The position numbers were made by a program, and so were the translations under genes. Shown here piece after piece: positions 20,141 through 30,602 of a DNA stretch of 64,000 nucleotides. The notes under the pieces were generated by a model that saw nothing but the letters and a program-made list of their open reading frames with translations, did not search any database and was not told where the DNA came from. The stretch comes from an uncultured Planctomycetota bacterium (GTDB taxonomy: Bacteria > Planctomycetota > Planctomycetia > Isosphaerales > Isosphaeraceae). The stretch covers positions 3,456,001 to 3,520,000 of the forward strand of contig CAVTTN010000002.1 of assembly GCA_963737655.1 (NCBI GenBank), written 5' to 3'. The first letter of the stretch is position 1, and each line of letters starts with the position of its first letter.

Positions 20141-22081
20141 ATGAACCGCCCGTCTCGTTCGTTCCTGGCCGTCCTGGTCGCGTCCCTGGCCCTCGTCGGG
20201 ATCGTGTTCGCCGCGGTGGCCGTCCCGGGCTTGCGGGCGAGGGTCTTCGGGCCGGCGAACCCGGCCGTCGGTCCCGGGTCCGAGGAGAGCGAACCCGATA
20301 CATACACCGTCGACATCACCGATTACAACCGACCGGCCGACGTCTTCCCGATGCTCGTGGATGACCGCATCGAGGACAAGACCCCGCCGTTCCTGCCCGA
20401 TCTGGTGGATCGCCGGCCGATGGAGGGCTGGCGGATCAACTCCAGCGCCGCCGTGATCCGCCTGGATTGCCCGCTGATCCGGCCGGACGTCGAGCCGGAG
20501 CTGGCCGTCCTCCATCCCTCGTACGCGGCGGCCGTAGCCGGGAAGTCCGGCGTGATTCCGTCGGTCAACGCGATCGACGGCAAGGCGAAGCGGTTCGATG
20601 ACGGCTTGTATGCCGCGATCGATCGGGCCTACTTCGTGGGTCAGGGCGAGCGGCTGAAATCGCTGGTGGCGATGTTCCGAACGCTCCATGATCGCGTCCC
20701 GAAGGACGGGCCGGCGGCCGAGTACCTCGCCGCGGGCCTGGAACTGGCCGGCGAGAAGGTGGCCGAATCCTCGTCGGCCGCGGTCAAGTCGCAAGTTTCG
20801 GAGTTCCTGGCCGACGAGGTCCAGTCGAAGCCGATCGGCGTCTATACCTGGGACGACACCCTCTCGCGGGTCTTCCGCACCCTCCGCTTCTTCTCCCGGC
20901 CGATCTCCGACCCGAAGGCCGCCCGGGGGCTGGCCGACGCCCTGAAGGCCGACCCGGCGCTCCTGGGCGAGTACCGGACGGCCCTGGCGTTCTATGCGAA
21001 GCTCTCGAACCCGCTCGTGGGCAAGAGCCCGGCCGACCTGATCGACGGCCCCGACGTGGACCTGGCGAGGGTCCGGGTCTCGCTGTTCCCGCCGTCGTCG
21101 TCGCGAGAGGCGGACCTGTTCATCAAGCTGTTCCCCCTCGTCTTGCCGGCCGACGTCGACCTGATGAAGGAGCTGATCGCGAAGATCCGATCGGGCGAGG
21201 TCGATCTGAAGCCCCGGAAGGACGGGGGCTGGTACGATTATCAGGTCTTCGCCCTCGAATCGCTCCTCCTGCCCGAACGGGGAGAGGAGAAGGCCAAGCT
21301 CCTCCTGACGAAGGCGTACAAGACGAGGATGCTCCAGGCCTTCCAGGCCCTCCTGACCAAGAGGCGAGAGACCCACGTCCGGCAGCTTGAGGTCAAGAGC
21401 GCCGCCGAAGCTGCTCCTCGCCCTCTTTCGAGGATCGACCCGAGGCTCCGGCTCGAACCGCTCCCGACTTATTACCTGAGGACCGCCCGCTCCTATGCCT
21501 TCCTCGCGAACTTCCTCGAATCGGCCGTCGGCCCGGCGACGTTGAAGGAGATCCGAGGACTCACCGAGAAGGGGCCGAGGGAGGCGACGCTCGCCGACGA
21601 ACTGCCGGCCATCCGCGACCTCTTCTACGGCCTCTTCTTCCTGAGCGCCGAGGACATCGGCATGGAGCCGAAGCTCCTGGACGGCGAGCCGGTGGACCGG
21701 GCGAAGTGCGAGAAGGCGGCGGAGAAATTCCTGGAATCGTGGAAGACCGACCCGGACCTCTCGGCCGATACCCGCGTGGCCGTGCCGATCTTCTTCGACG
21801 GCAATCGCCGGGTCACCCGGCTCTGGATGACGATCGGCGTCCGCCTGACCCAGCTCGACGTCCGCTATGCCAGAGGGCCGAAGGTCCGGCCCGTGGATTC
21901 GTCCGACGAGTGGACGGACGCGAAGGCGTCTCAACTCGGTCAGAGCGAGTACCTGATCCCCGTGGACGAATTCGCGGAGGTCGAGCTGGAGGGATCGCGA
22001 GTCCTCACCCGGGACGAGATTCGGGCGCTTTGCGACCGGATGAAAACGAAGGACGCCATCCTCAAGGCGTTGCGGAAGTGA
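20141..22081 (+). CDS. Membrane-anchored hypothetical protein (weak DUF3160-like resemblance)
   Basis: GGAG SD, N-terminal TM, 646-aa open frame with GC3-biased codons; family call tentative. Confidence 0.75.
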   Translation: MNRPSRSFLAVLVASLALVGIVFAAVAVPGLRARVFGPANPAVGPGSEESEPDTYTVDITDYNRPADVFPMLVDDRIEDKTPPFLPDLVDRRPMEGWRINSSAAVIRLDCPLIRPDVEPELAVLHPSYAAAVAGKSGVIPSVNAIDGKAKRFDDGLYAAIDRAYFVGQGERLKSLVAMFRTLHDRVPKDGPAAEYLAAGLELAGEKVAESSSAAVKSQVSEFLADEVQSKPIGVYTWDDTLSRVFRTLRFFSRPISDPKAARGLADALKADPALLGEYRTALAFYAKLSNPLVGKSPADLIDGPDVDLARVRVSLFPPSSSREADLFIKLFPLVLPADVDLMKELIAKIRSGEVDLKPRKDGGWYDYQVFALESLLLPERGEEKAKLLLTKAYKTRMLQAFQALLTKRRETHVRQLEVKSAAEAAPRPLSRIDPRLRLEPLPTYYLRTARSYAFLANFLESAVGPATLKEIRGLTEKGPREATLADELPAIRDLFYGLFFLSAEDIGMEPKLLDGEPVDRAKCEKAAEKFLESWKTDPDLSADTRVAVPIFFDGNRRVTRLWMTIGVRLTQLDVRYARGPKVRPVDSSDEWTDAKASQLGQSEYLIPVDEFAEVELEGSRVLTRDEIRALCDRMKTKDAILKALRK

Positions 22082-22202
22082 AGATTTCGTAAAGGATTCC
22101 GAAGCGGCCGGCCCTCGTCTTGACCGCCGGGGCCGGGGCCGGCTAGGGTCGAATCGATCGACCCGATCGACCGGGTCGGCTAGTCCCCGGGGCCGGCCTC
22201 CC

Positions 22203-23606
22203 ATGTCCTCGCTGTTCGATGGCTCGGTCGGCGGGGGGACGCTCGCGTTCCTGTTTCTCGCCCTGGGGATCGCCCTGGGGTTCGAGTTCGTGAACGGATT
22301 CCACGACACGGCCAACGCCGTGGCCACGGTCATCTACACGAGGTCGCTCTCGCCCCGGAAGGCGGTGATCTGGTCGGGCCTGTGCAACTTCGCCGGGGTG
22401 GCGCTGGGCGGGACGGCCGTGGCGTTCGGGATCGTGAATCTCCTGCCCGTGGACCTGCTCGTCAAGATCGGCTCGTACGCCGGGATGGAGATGGTCCTGG
22501 CCCTCCTGATCGCCGCCACGATCTGGAACCTCGGGACGTGGTGGCTCGGCCTCCCGGCGTCGAGTTCGCATACCCTGATCGGCGCGATCGTGGGGGTCGG
22601 ACTCGTCCACTCCTGGAGGACGGGCGTGCCGATCTCCGAGGGGGTGAACTGGAAGGCGGTCGGCGCGGTGGGGATGTCCCTGCTGATCTCGCCGATCGTC
22701 GGGTTCGTGGCTGCGGCGATCCTCCTTCGCGTCCTGAAGCGATTCGTGACCGACCCGAAGCTCTACGAGCCGGCCGCCGCCGACCAGCCCCCGCCGAAGT
22801 GGATTCGCGGGACCCTGATCGCGACGTGTACCGGGGTCAGCCTGGCCCACGGCTCGAACGACGGCCAGAAGGGGATCGGGATCGTCATGCTGATCCTGAT
22901 CGGGATCGTCCCCGCCCACTACCTGATCGACCCCGACGCCTCCGGCGAGAGCTTCCGCAAGGTGGCCGCCGCCGCCGGGGAGCTCGACGCGATGGTCAAG
23001 GCCCACGAGGGGGACGGGCACTCGCCGGACGTGCGCTCCGAGCTCCAGAACATCCAGGTCCTGCTCGAAGGTCGGGAACGGCCCGGGCAGATCCCGGAGA
23101 GCGATCGAAGGAGGGTCCGCTCGGCCGTCTTGAGGTCGGCCGAAGGGCTTCGCGACTGGGAAGAGGACCGAGCCGCGAGCCTCTCCGACCCCGACCGGGA
23201 GCGGGTCAAGGCCCTTCGAACGAGGCTCCTGGGCGTCGTGGAATACGCCCCGAAGTGGGTGATGGTGGCCGTGGCGACGGCCCTGGGGCTGGGGACGACG
23301 GTCGGCTGGAAGCGGATCGTCCAGACGGTCGGCGAGAAGATCGGCAAGTCTCACCTGTCGTATGCGCAAGGGGCCGCCGCAGAGATCGTGGCGATGACCA
23401 CGATCGGCCTGGCGGACTTCGGCGGGCTGCCCGTGAGCACGACTCACGTGCTCTCCTCCGGGGTGGCCGGGACGATGGCGGCCAATGGGTCGGGCCTCCA
23501 GTGGAACACGGTCCGCAACATCGCGCTGGCCTGGGTGCTCACGCTCCCTGCCGCGATGACGCTTTCCGGCGGCCTGTTCCTCCTGTTCCGTACCATCCTC
23601 GGCTAG
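22203..23606 (+). CDS. pit: PiT-family inorganic phosphate transporter
   Basis: NGFHDTANAVAT, PASSSH, AHGSNDGQK, PVSTTH. Confidence 0.95.
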   Translation: MSSLFDGSVGGGTLAFLFLALGIALGFEFVNGFHDTANAVATVIYTRSLSPRKAVIWSGLCNFAGVALGGTAVAFGIVNLLPVDLLVKIGSYAGMEMVLALLIAATIWNLGTWWLGLPASSSHTLIGAIVGVGLVHSWRTGVPISEGVNWKAVGAVGMSLLISPIVGFVAAAILLRVLKRFVTDPKLYEPAAADQPPPKWIRGTLIATCTGVSLAHGSNDGQKGIGIVMLILIGIVPAHYLIDPDASGESFRKVAAAAGELDAMVKAHEGDGHSPDVRSELQNIQVLLEGRERPGQIPESDRRRVRSAVLRSAEGLRDWEEDRAASLSDPDRERVKALRTRLLGVVEYAPKWVMVAVATALGLGTTVGWKRIVQTVGEKIGKSHLSYAQGAAAEIVAMTTIGLADFGGLPVSTTHVLSSGVAGTMAANGSGLQWNTVRNIALAWVLTLPAAMTLSGGLFLLFRTILG

Positions 23607-23746
23607 ATCCTTAGCGATTTCGCCCGAAATCGTCGGCACGAGGCCGATCGGCGACCTAGCCTTGGGACGGAGGGCGCTGCGGGCCTTCCCGAGCAGTGCG
23701 CCTCCCGCCCTGGCGGACGGGGCGGGTCCGCCGGAGGCCCAGGCCG

Positions 23747-25048
23747 ATGCGGTTTCTTCCCTGGAATCGGGGACGCGTGCCCTCACGCGCCCGAAGATCG
23801 ACCCGAGCGGTGGTCGGCCTGGAGCCGATGGCCCCGATCCTGCTCCTGACGGCCTCTCCGGCCGCCGTGGCACCCTCGGACGACGAGCAGCTCATGCTCG
23901 AACTGATCAACCGAGCGAGGGCCAACCCCCAGGCCGAGGGGCAACGGCTCGTGGGCCTCCTCCAGGCCGACCCAACCCTCCGGGCCGCGGCCGGCTCGCT
24001 GGACGTCTCCGCGTTCCTCCAGGAGATCGATTCGTACGGGCCTCGCCCCCCTCTGGCGTTCGACCCCCGACTGATCGCCGCCGCGAGGGACCGGGACGCG
24101 CTCATGCTCGCCGCCAACGCCCAGGAGCATTCGCCGTCCGGGGCCGTGGTCACGGGGGCCTCGGGATGGCTGGACTCCGATGGCCAGCCGTTCTTCCCGG
24201 CCGACGGCCAGTCCTGGACGGCCGCCGAGAACATTTTTGCCTATTCCGGCAACGTGGCCGATCGCTCGACCTCGCAGGTCGTCGAGTACTTCGAGGCCGC
24301 GTTCCTCCTGGACTGGGGCAACCCCGATTTCGGTCACCTGAAGAACCTGATGCTCCCGGGACCAAGCCAGGCCCAGGCCGAGGGGACCCTGCCGATCGCC
24401 GAGATCGGCATCGGCCTGCTGACCGGAGTCTCGCCGACGGCCCCTCCGCCCGCCTCGGCCGAGCTCGCCTCGAACGACGGCCTGAACGTCGGCCCGGACC
24501 TCGTGACCCAGGAATTCGCCTGGAGGAGAGGCGATCCCTTCTTGACCGGAGTGGCCTACCAGGACCGCGACGGAGGCGGATTTTACTCGCCCGGAGAGGG
24601 GCTCGGGGCGGTCACGATCTCGGCGGTGGGCCTTCACGGCGAGGGAACGTTCTCGACCACGACCTGGGACTCGGGCGGATACTCGCTCAAGCTCCCGGCG
24701 GGGACGTTCGCCGTGACCGCCTCGGGCGGGGCACTTTCCGCCCCCTCGACGACGACCGTGACGATCGGGACCGACAACGTCGGCTGGGACATCGTCGAGC
24801 CGAAAGCCCCGGCGATTCCTGCGTCGCCCGTCGTGGGCCTTCCCGCACCCTCGCCCGCCTCGACGCCAACCCCGGTCGCATCCACCCCCTCGAAGACCGT
24901 CGCGCCTTCCCCCTCGTCGAGCGTCTCGCCGCCCTCGGAGGTCGGGACCTCGAAGCGATCGGCGCATCCTGGCCGGAAGAAGGCCATCAGCCATCGCCCG
25001 AAGTGGTCCAGGTTGGCGAGTCTGGCAGCCCGAGTCCGCCCGGGGTGA
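23747..25048 (+). CDS. Secreted CAP/SCP-like protein with C-terminal beta-sandwich and Pro/Ser tail
   Basis: EQLMLELINRARANP, PLAFDPRL, AENI, GHLKNL, EIGIG, TQEF, FLTGVAYQD. Confidence 0.8.
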   Translation: MRFLPWNRGRVPSRARRSTRAVVGLEPMAPILLLTASPAAVAPSDDEQLMLELINRARANPQAEGQRLVGLLQADPTLRAAAGSLDVSAFLQEIDSYGPRPPLAFDPRLIAAARDRDALMLAANAQEHSPSGAVVTGASGWLDSDGQPFFPADGQSWTAAENIFAYSGNVADRSTSQVVEYFEAAFLLDWGNPDFGHLKNLMLPGPSQAQAEGTLPIAEIGIGLLTGVSPTAPPPASAELASNDGLNVGPDLVTQEFAWRRGDPFLTGVAYQDRDGGGFYSPGEGLGAVTISAVGLHGEGTFSTTTWDSGGYSLKLPAGTFAVTASGGALSAPSTTTVTIGTDNVGWDIVEPKAPAIPASPVVGLPAPSPASTPTPVASTPSKTVAPSPSSSVSPPSEVGTSKRSAHPGRKKAISHRPKWSRLASLAARVRPG

Positions 25049-26536
25049 GCCCGAGAGGGCTCGCGGGGTCGGGCCGGTTCGACCCGTCGAGGAGATAGCC
25101 CGAGGCAAGGCGGCCGAATTCCTCGACTTGCGACGCGATCCAGGCCTCCTCCTTGCCCAGGACCTCCGCGAGGATTCGGGCGACCTGGGGGGCGGCCTGG
25201 ATGGCGGCTCGGGCGTCGAGGAAGAGCCATCGAATCCGACGGGCCAGGACGTCCTCGACCGTCCTCGCCAGCTCGTCTCGGATGGCGCGGACCACCTGAT
25301 CGGGGAATTCAAGCTCCGGCCCGTCTTGCTGATGGAGAGGGAGCCGATCGGTGGTGCACGGGCGGGAGGGAAGGCCCGCGACCTGCGCCGCCAGGTCCAC
25401 GGCATCGCGAGCCATCACGCGATACGACGTCCATTTGCCCCCGGTGATCGTCACCAGGCCCGATCCGGCGGCCTCGACGAGGTGACCTCGCGAGAGGGAG
25501 GCGGTCCTCTCCCCGGCGGCCCCTCGGATCAGGGGACGCAGCCCGGCGAACACGCATTTCACGTCCGAGGGGTCGGGGCGGCGGCCCAGATAGCGGCCCA
25601 CGTGCTCGGAGAGGAACTCCACCTCCTCGGGCAAGGCCCGGGGCTCCGCCGAGACCGCCGAGACGGGCGTATCGGTCGTCCCGACGAGCGTCCGTCCCAG
25701 CCACGGGATCGCGAACAGGACCCGGCCATCGCTCGTCTTCGGCACCAGGACGGCCGTCTCTCCCGGGAGGAACGAGCGGTCCAGGACGAGATGGGCCCCC
25801 TGGCTCGGCGCGATCCTCGGCGACGAGGACGGGGAATCGAGCCGGCGGATTTCGTCGGCGAACACCCCGGCCGCGTTGATCAGGACTTTCGCCCGAACTT
25901 CCACCTCCTCGCCGGTCTCCGAGTCCCGGACGACCAGGCCCGAGAGCGTCTCCCCCTCTCGGAGGAGCCGGACCGCCGGCGCATGGTTCATCGCCAGGCC
26001 GCCGAGGTCGAAGAACGTCCTCAGCAGGGCGACGGCCATCCGGGAATCGTCGAACTGGCCGTCGTGATAGAGGACGCCGCCGCGAAGCCCCTGGGCCGAG
26101 AGCGTCGGGGCCCGTTCGATCGCCTCGGCCCGGCCGACTCCTCGCGACCATTCCCACCGGGAGCGGCCGGCGAGGAGGTCATAAGCCTTCAGCCCGAGCG
26201 AGTAATAGGGCCGGTCCAAAAAGGAATACGCCGGGATCAGGAAGGCGCGGTCGTGGACGATCCCGGCGCGTTCCGGCGGAGGATCTCCCGTTCGCGGAGG
26301 GCCTCGCGGACCAGCCCGACCCGACCCTGGGCGAGGTAGCGAACGCCTCCGTGGATCAGCTTGGTGCTCCGGCTGGAGGTGCCCTGGGCGAAGTCGCGGG
26401 CCTCGAACAGGACCGTCCGATAGCCGCGATTCGCCGAGTCGACGGCCGAGCCCAGCCCGGTGGCCCCCCCGCCGATGATGGCCACGTCCCATCGGGGCTC
26501 GTCGCGGAGGCGTTCCAGGATCGTCGATCGAAGCAC
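24987..26536 (-). CDS. glpD: FAD-dependent glycerol-3-phosphate dehydrogenase (frameshift near 26270)
   Basis: DVAIIGGGATGLG, GTSSRSTKLIHGGVRYL, DGQFDD, GTTD, FAGLRPL, GGKWTSYR. Confidence 0.92.
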
Positions 26537-26655
26537 GCGAGGCTCCCCGGGGGCCGTCCTCCCCGTCCGACCGCCGCGGGCCGGTTGAGGAGGCCGGGTG
26601 GTCATGCTACCGTCGGGGCAATCCCCCGGCCCAGCCCCTTCGAGAACAACCCCCG

Positions 26656-28716
26656 ATGATTCGCATCTTGGCGATTTTGCTCCTCGTCGCCGGCCCGGCC
26701 CTGGCCGACGGCCCGGCCGACAACGTCCCGGAGCAGTCCCGGCCGATCCCGCCGAAGGGCAAGCCCGTCCCCGAGGACCAGAGGAAGGCCCTCGAAGTCG
26801 GCCTGGCGAAGCTCGGCAAGGCCGTCGAGGCCCTCCACGCCTCGAACGACCCGAAGGTCGCCCGGCTGGTCCCGGACGTGGAGATCTACGAGAAATCCGT
26901 GCACTACGCCCTGGAATATGACGAATTCTACACGCCCGAAGAGGTCGTCACCGCGAAACGGATGCTCGACGAGGGCCTCGATCGCGCCAACGCCCTCCTG
27001 GAGAAGGGCGACGCCCCGTGGACCCGGGCCACCGGGACCGTCTGGCTCGCCTACCGCTCGAAGATTGACGGATCGGTCCAGCCCTACTCGTTGATCGTCC
27101 CCGAATCCTGGAACGCGCTTTCCCCCCATCGCCACCGGCTCGACGTCTGGTTCCACGGCCGGGGCGAAACCCGCACCGAGGTCTTCTTCTACAACGAGAG
27201 GAAGAAGGACCGGGGCGAGTTCACGCCCGAGGATGCATTCGTCCTCCACCCCTACGGCCGGTTCTGCAACGCGGCGAAGTTCGCCGGGGAAATCGACGCC
27301 CTGGAAGCGCTGGCCGACGTCCAGGCTCGCTACAAGATCGACGAGGACCGGGTCGCGGTCCGGGGATTTTCGATGGGAGGGGCCTCGACCTGGCATTTCG
27401 CGGTCCATTACGCCGACCGCTGGTTCGCGGCGAACCCCGGCGCGGGCTTCTCCGAGACGCCCCGTTTCCTGGACGTCTTCCAGAAGGAAAAACTGGAACC
27501 CGCCTGGTACGAAAAGGTCCTCTGGCACTGGTACGACTGCCCCGAGGTGGCGGTGAACCTCGCCCAGTGCCCGACCGTCGCCTACAGCGGGGAGATCGAC
27601 AACCAGAAGCAGGCGGCCGACGTGATGGCCGAGGCCCTGGAGAGGCTCGACATGCCGCTGACCCACATCATCGGCCCGAAAACCCCGCACCGCTACCATC
27701 CCGAGGCCAAGCAGGAGGTGGCTCGAAGGATGGAGGAGCTGGCCCGGATCGGCCGCGAGCGCGTCCCTCGTCGGGTCCGGTTCGTGACGTATAGCCTGCT
27801 CTACAACCGGATGGACTGGATCACCCTCGACGCGATGGACGAGCACTGGAAGCCGGCGAAAGCGTCGGCCCTGGTCGATCCCAGCGGCCGGCTTGACCCG
27901 GTGGTGGTGGTCCAGAACGTCCGCGCGTTCACCCTGGAAATGCCCACAGGGCTCTGCCCCCTGGATCGAGGCCGGCCGATCCAGGTCCACATCGCGGAAT
28001 CGTCGGAGAATGGCGACTCCGACGACGAGGGCACGCGGCTGACGGTGCCCGGACCCGAGACCGATCGCTCCTGGAAGGCCCGGTTTCACAAGGACGGCGA
28101 CGAGTGGAAGGTCGGCCCCCTGCCCGAGAACGGCCTCCGCAAGGTCCACGGGCTCCAGGGGCCGATCGACGACGCGTTCCTCGACCGCTTCACGTTCGTC
28201 ATGCCGTCGGGCCAGGGCGCCCATCCGAAGGTGGCGGCCTGGGTCGAGTCCGAACGGAACCGGGCGGTCCGTCGGTGGCGTTCCCAGATGCGAGGCGATG
28301 CTCACATCAAGCTCGACCGCGACGTGACCGACGCCGACATCGCCGCCGGCAACCTCGTGCTCTGGGGCGACCCGGAGAGCAACTCCGTTCTCAAGAAGAT
28401 CGCCGACAAGCTTCCCATCAAGTGGGACGGCGATCAGATCGTCGCCGGGGACCGGAAGTTCCCGGCCTCGGAGCACGTGCCGATTTTGGTCTATCCCAAC
28501 CCGCTGAACCCGAAGAAGTACGTCGTCCTGAACAGCGGGTTCACGTATCGCGAGTACGACGACCTGAACAACGCCAGGCAGGTGCCGAGGCTGCCGGACT
28601 GGGCGATCGTGGACGTGACCACCCCGCCCAATAGCCGTTTCCCCGGCAAGGTCGTCGATGCCGACTTCTTCGATGACTCCTGGGCGCTCAAGCCGCCTCA
28701 TCAGGCACATCCGTGA
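26656..28716 (+). CDS. Secreted alpha/beta-hydrolase (prolyl oligopeptidase/esterase-like)
   Basis: Signal peptide; WFHGRG, GFSMGG nucleophile elbow. Confidence 0.85.
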   Translation: MIRILAILLLVAGPALADGPADNVPEQSRPIPPKGKPVPEDQRKALEVGLAKLGKAVEALHASNDPKVARLVPDVEIYEKSVHYALEYDEFYTPEEVVTAKRMLDEGLDRANALLEKGDAPWTRATGTVWLAYRSKIDGSVQPYSLIVPESWNALSPHRHRLDVWFHGRGETRTEVFFYNERKKDRGEFTPEDAFVLHPYGRFCNAAKFAGEIDALEALADVQARYKIDEDRVAVRGFSMGGASTWHFAVHYADRWFAANPGAGFSETPRFLDVFQKEKLEPAWYEKVLWHWYDCPEVAVNLAQCPTVAYSGEIDNQKQAADVMAEALERLDMPLTHIIGPKTPHRYHPEAKQEVARRMEELARIGRERVPRRVRFVTYSLLYNRMDWITLDAMDEHWKPAKASALVDPSGRLDPVVVVQNVRAFTLEMPTGLCPLDRGRPIQVHIAESSENGDSDDEGTRLTVPGPETDRSWKARFHKDGDEWKVGPLPENGLRKVHGLQGPIDDAFLDRFTFVMPSGQGAHPKVAAWVESERNRAVRRWRSQMRGDAHIKLDRDVTDADIAAGNLVLWGDPESNSVLKKIADKLPIKWDGDQIVAGDRKFPASEHVPILVYPNPLNPKKYVVLNSGFTYREYDDLNNARQVPRLPDWAIVDVTTPPNSRFPGKVVDADFFDDSWALKPPHQAHP

Positions 28717-28808
28717 TCCGCGAGGCCGTGAAATCAACCCGGGAGGCCGGCCCTTTTCGATTGGTGCCGACGACCCGGGTGAATTCCTTTCCCACGATCG
28801 GGACCCTC

Positions 28809-30323
28809 TCACGGAGTCGTCGAGTTTGACGGCAGGCTCGACGTCGGGATCAAGGTCCCACTGCCCAGGCTGGCCGTGGAACTGCTGGTCAGGGTCGAGC
28901 CGGTGGCGGTCGTTCCGGTCGGGGTCGTGCCGGTGGAGGAGGTCGTCCCGGTCGTCGGGTTGGTCGTGGTGGCCCCGGTCCCGGTGCTATACGTGGTCGT
29001 TCCGGTCGCCGGGTTGGTCGTGCCGGTCCCCCCGTTGAGGATCGTCCCGACGGTCGTTCCGACCGTCGAGGCGCCGGAAGTCAATCCGTTAGCGGGATTG
29101 CCGATGCTCCCGGTCAATCCGGTGCTGCCATACGTCCCTCCGCCGATGGCCTGGAGGCCGGTGGAGGTCGAGCCGGGCGAGCCGATCGTGCCGACGGTGA
29201 CCGTGCCCGGCCCGCCGATGTACGAGGTGCTGTCGCCGTTCGTGGCGGTGTTGCTCGAGGACGAGGACGACGAGGTCGAAGAGGACGACGTCGAGGGCGT
29301 CAGGGTCGCCAGGGTGCCTCCCGGGGAGGCGCCGAACCGAGCCAGGAACTCGGGGGAGCTGAGGAACTGGTTGAGCACGGCCTTGCGGCTCAGGCCGCGC
29401 TGCATCTTGCCGGTCCAGAACGCGACGTCGCCCGCTGAGGGCCCGCGGTCGAGGACTTCGGCATACAGGGCATCGACGAACGCCGTCCGGGTGCGGTCGT
29501 TTCGGAACGCGGAGAGGGTGAAGGTGGGGGCAATTCCCCGGCCCTGGGCCGAGACGATCGGCGCTTGCGACCCGACGGACGCCCCGGCCAGGGCCGGCGA
29601 AGCGGTCGAGCCGTTCGAGGTGGTCAGGGAGGGCGTCGCCGCCTCCTGGCCGAGCTGGAGGAGGTCCCGACGGATCGCCTGCACCCCGACGCCTTTCCGG
29701 AGGAGTTTGGTGAAATGCGTCAGCTCGGAGGCCTGGGGATTGCGATCGAGGAGGCCGTTGAACAGGCCGATCACCCGGTTCTGGGCGGGGTTCGCCCCCA
29801 CGGAGACGCCGTTGGAGGGCGCCGAGGCCACGCCCGAGCCGGAAGCCGTCGAGGCCGTCCCCAAGAACCCGGCCAGCACGCTGCTCGCGACGGTCGTCCC
29901 CGAGCTCGTCCCCGAAGTACCGGAGGTCGTGGTCGTGGTGGAACCCGAAGGATCAAAAATACTCCCGGTCGCGCCGGCGTTGGTGAGGGCGGTGCCGCTG
30001 GTCACGAATGCGCCGGTGACCCCGGTGTCGGGCGTGCTGGTGTCCCCGGCGACGTTGCCTCCCACGCCGTTGGAGCCGAGGTCGCCGGCGGTTCCGGTGC
30101 CGGTGCCGGTGCCGGTCCCGTTGGGGATGATCCCGGTGCCGATGCTGGCGGTCGGGCTGGTCCCGGGGAAGCCGGTGGTGTTGCTCGTCTCGCCGTTGCC
30201 GATCGTGATCGTCGGGTAGGACGTCACAGGCGCGGGCGTGACCGTTGCGAGCAGAGCCCGGCCTTCCAGGGTTTCGAGCTTCAGGTCTCGGCGGCTGGTG
30301 GGCCGTGGGATGGACGTGTTCAT
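28809..30323 (-). CDS. Thr/Gly/Ser-rich secreted surface protein with DUF4214-like repeats
   Basis: MNTSIPR...LETLEGRALLA; FVDALYAEVLDRGP...FLSSPEF and LFNGLLDRNP repeats; low-complexity T/G/S. Confidence 0.8.
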   Translation of the reverse strand: MNTSIPRPTSRRDLKLETLEGRALLATVTPAPVTSYPTITIGNGETSNTTGFPGTSPTASIGTGIIPNGTGTGTGTGTAGDLGSNGVGGNVAGDTSTPDTGVTGAFVTSGTALTNAGATGSIFDPSGSTTTTTSGTSGTSSGTTVASSVLAGFLGTASTASGSGVASAPSNGVSVGANPAQNRVIGLFNGLLDRNPQASELTHFTKLLRKGVGVQAIRRDLLQLGQEAATPSLTTSNGSTASPALAGASVGSQAPIVSAQGRGIAPTFTLSAFRNDRTRTAFVDALYAEVLDRGPSAGDVAFWTGKMQRGLSRKAVLNQFLSSPEFLARFGASPGGTLATLTPSTSSSSTSSSSSSSNTATNGDSTSYIGGPGTVTVGTIGSPGSTSTGLQAIGGGTYGSTGLTGSIGNPANGLTSGASTVGTTVGTILNGGTGTTNPATGTTTYSTGTGATTTNPTTGTTSSTGTTPTGTTATGSTLTSSSTASLGSGTLIPTSSLPSNSTTP

Positions 30324-30452
30324 CTCGTCTCCGTGGAAAGACCCTCGACGCCCCTCGACGTTGGTCCTGGGGGCGTCTTGACCCGTTCTGCCTTGTCGCT
30401 GTCGGGGCCGATCGGTGGCTTGACCGATCGACCCTGGATGGGAAGTCTGAAA

Positions 30453-30468
30453 CGCAACGGGCGTGCCA
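30453..30468 (-). promoter_or_regulatory. sigma-54 promoter for the DUF4214 protein gene
   Basis: Minus strand TGGCACG-CCCG-TTGCG. Confidence 0.75.
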
Positions 30469-30602
30469 AACGTAAAGGGTTGCAAGAATGACGACGACCG
30501 TCCGGAGCCTCGGCGACCGATCCCGAAGGGGTTCCGGCTCCTCCGACGGCCGGGATGGTGTATAGTGATGGCTCGCCACCCCAGCCTCGCGGGCCCACGA
30601 CC

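Noticed and set aside
24987..25048. 62-bp convergent overlap of glpD and the CAP gene
   Set aside because: Both tails are low-information extensions; common in GC-rich genomes or caused by an indel near a stop.
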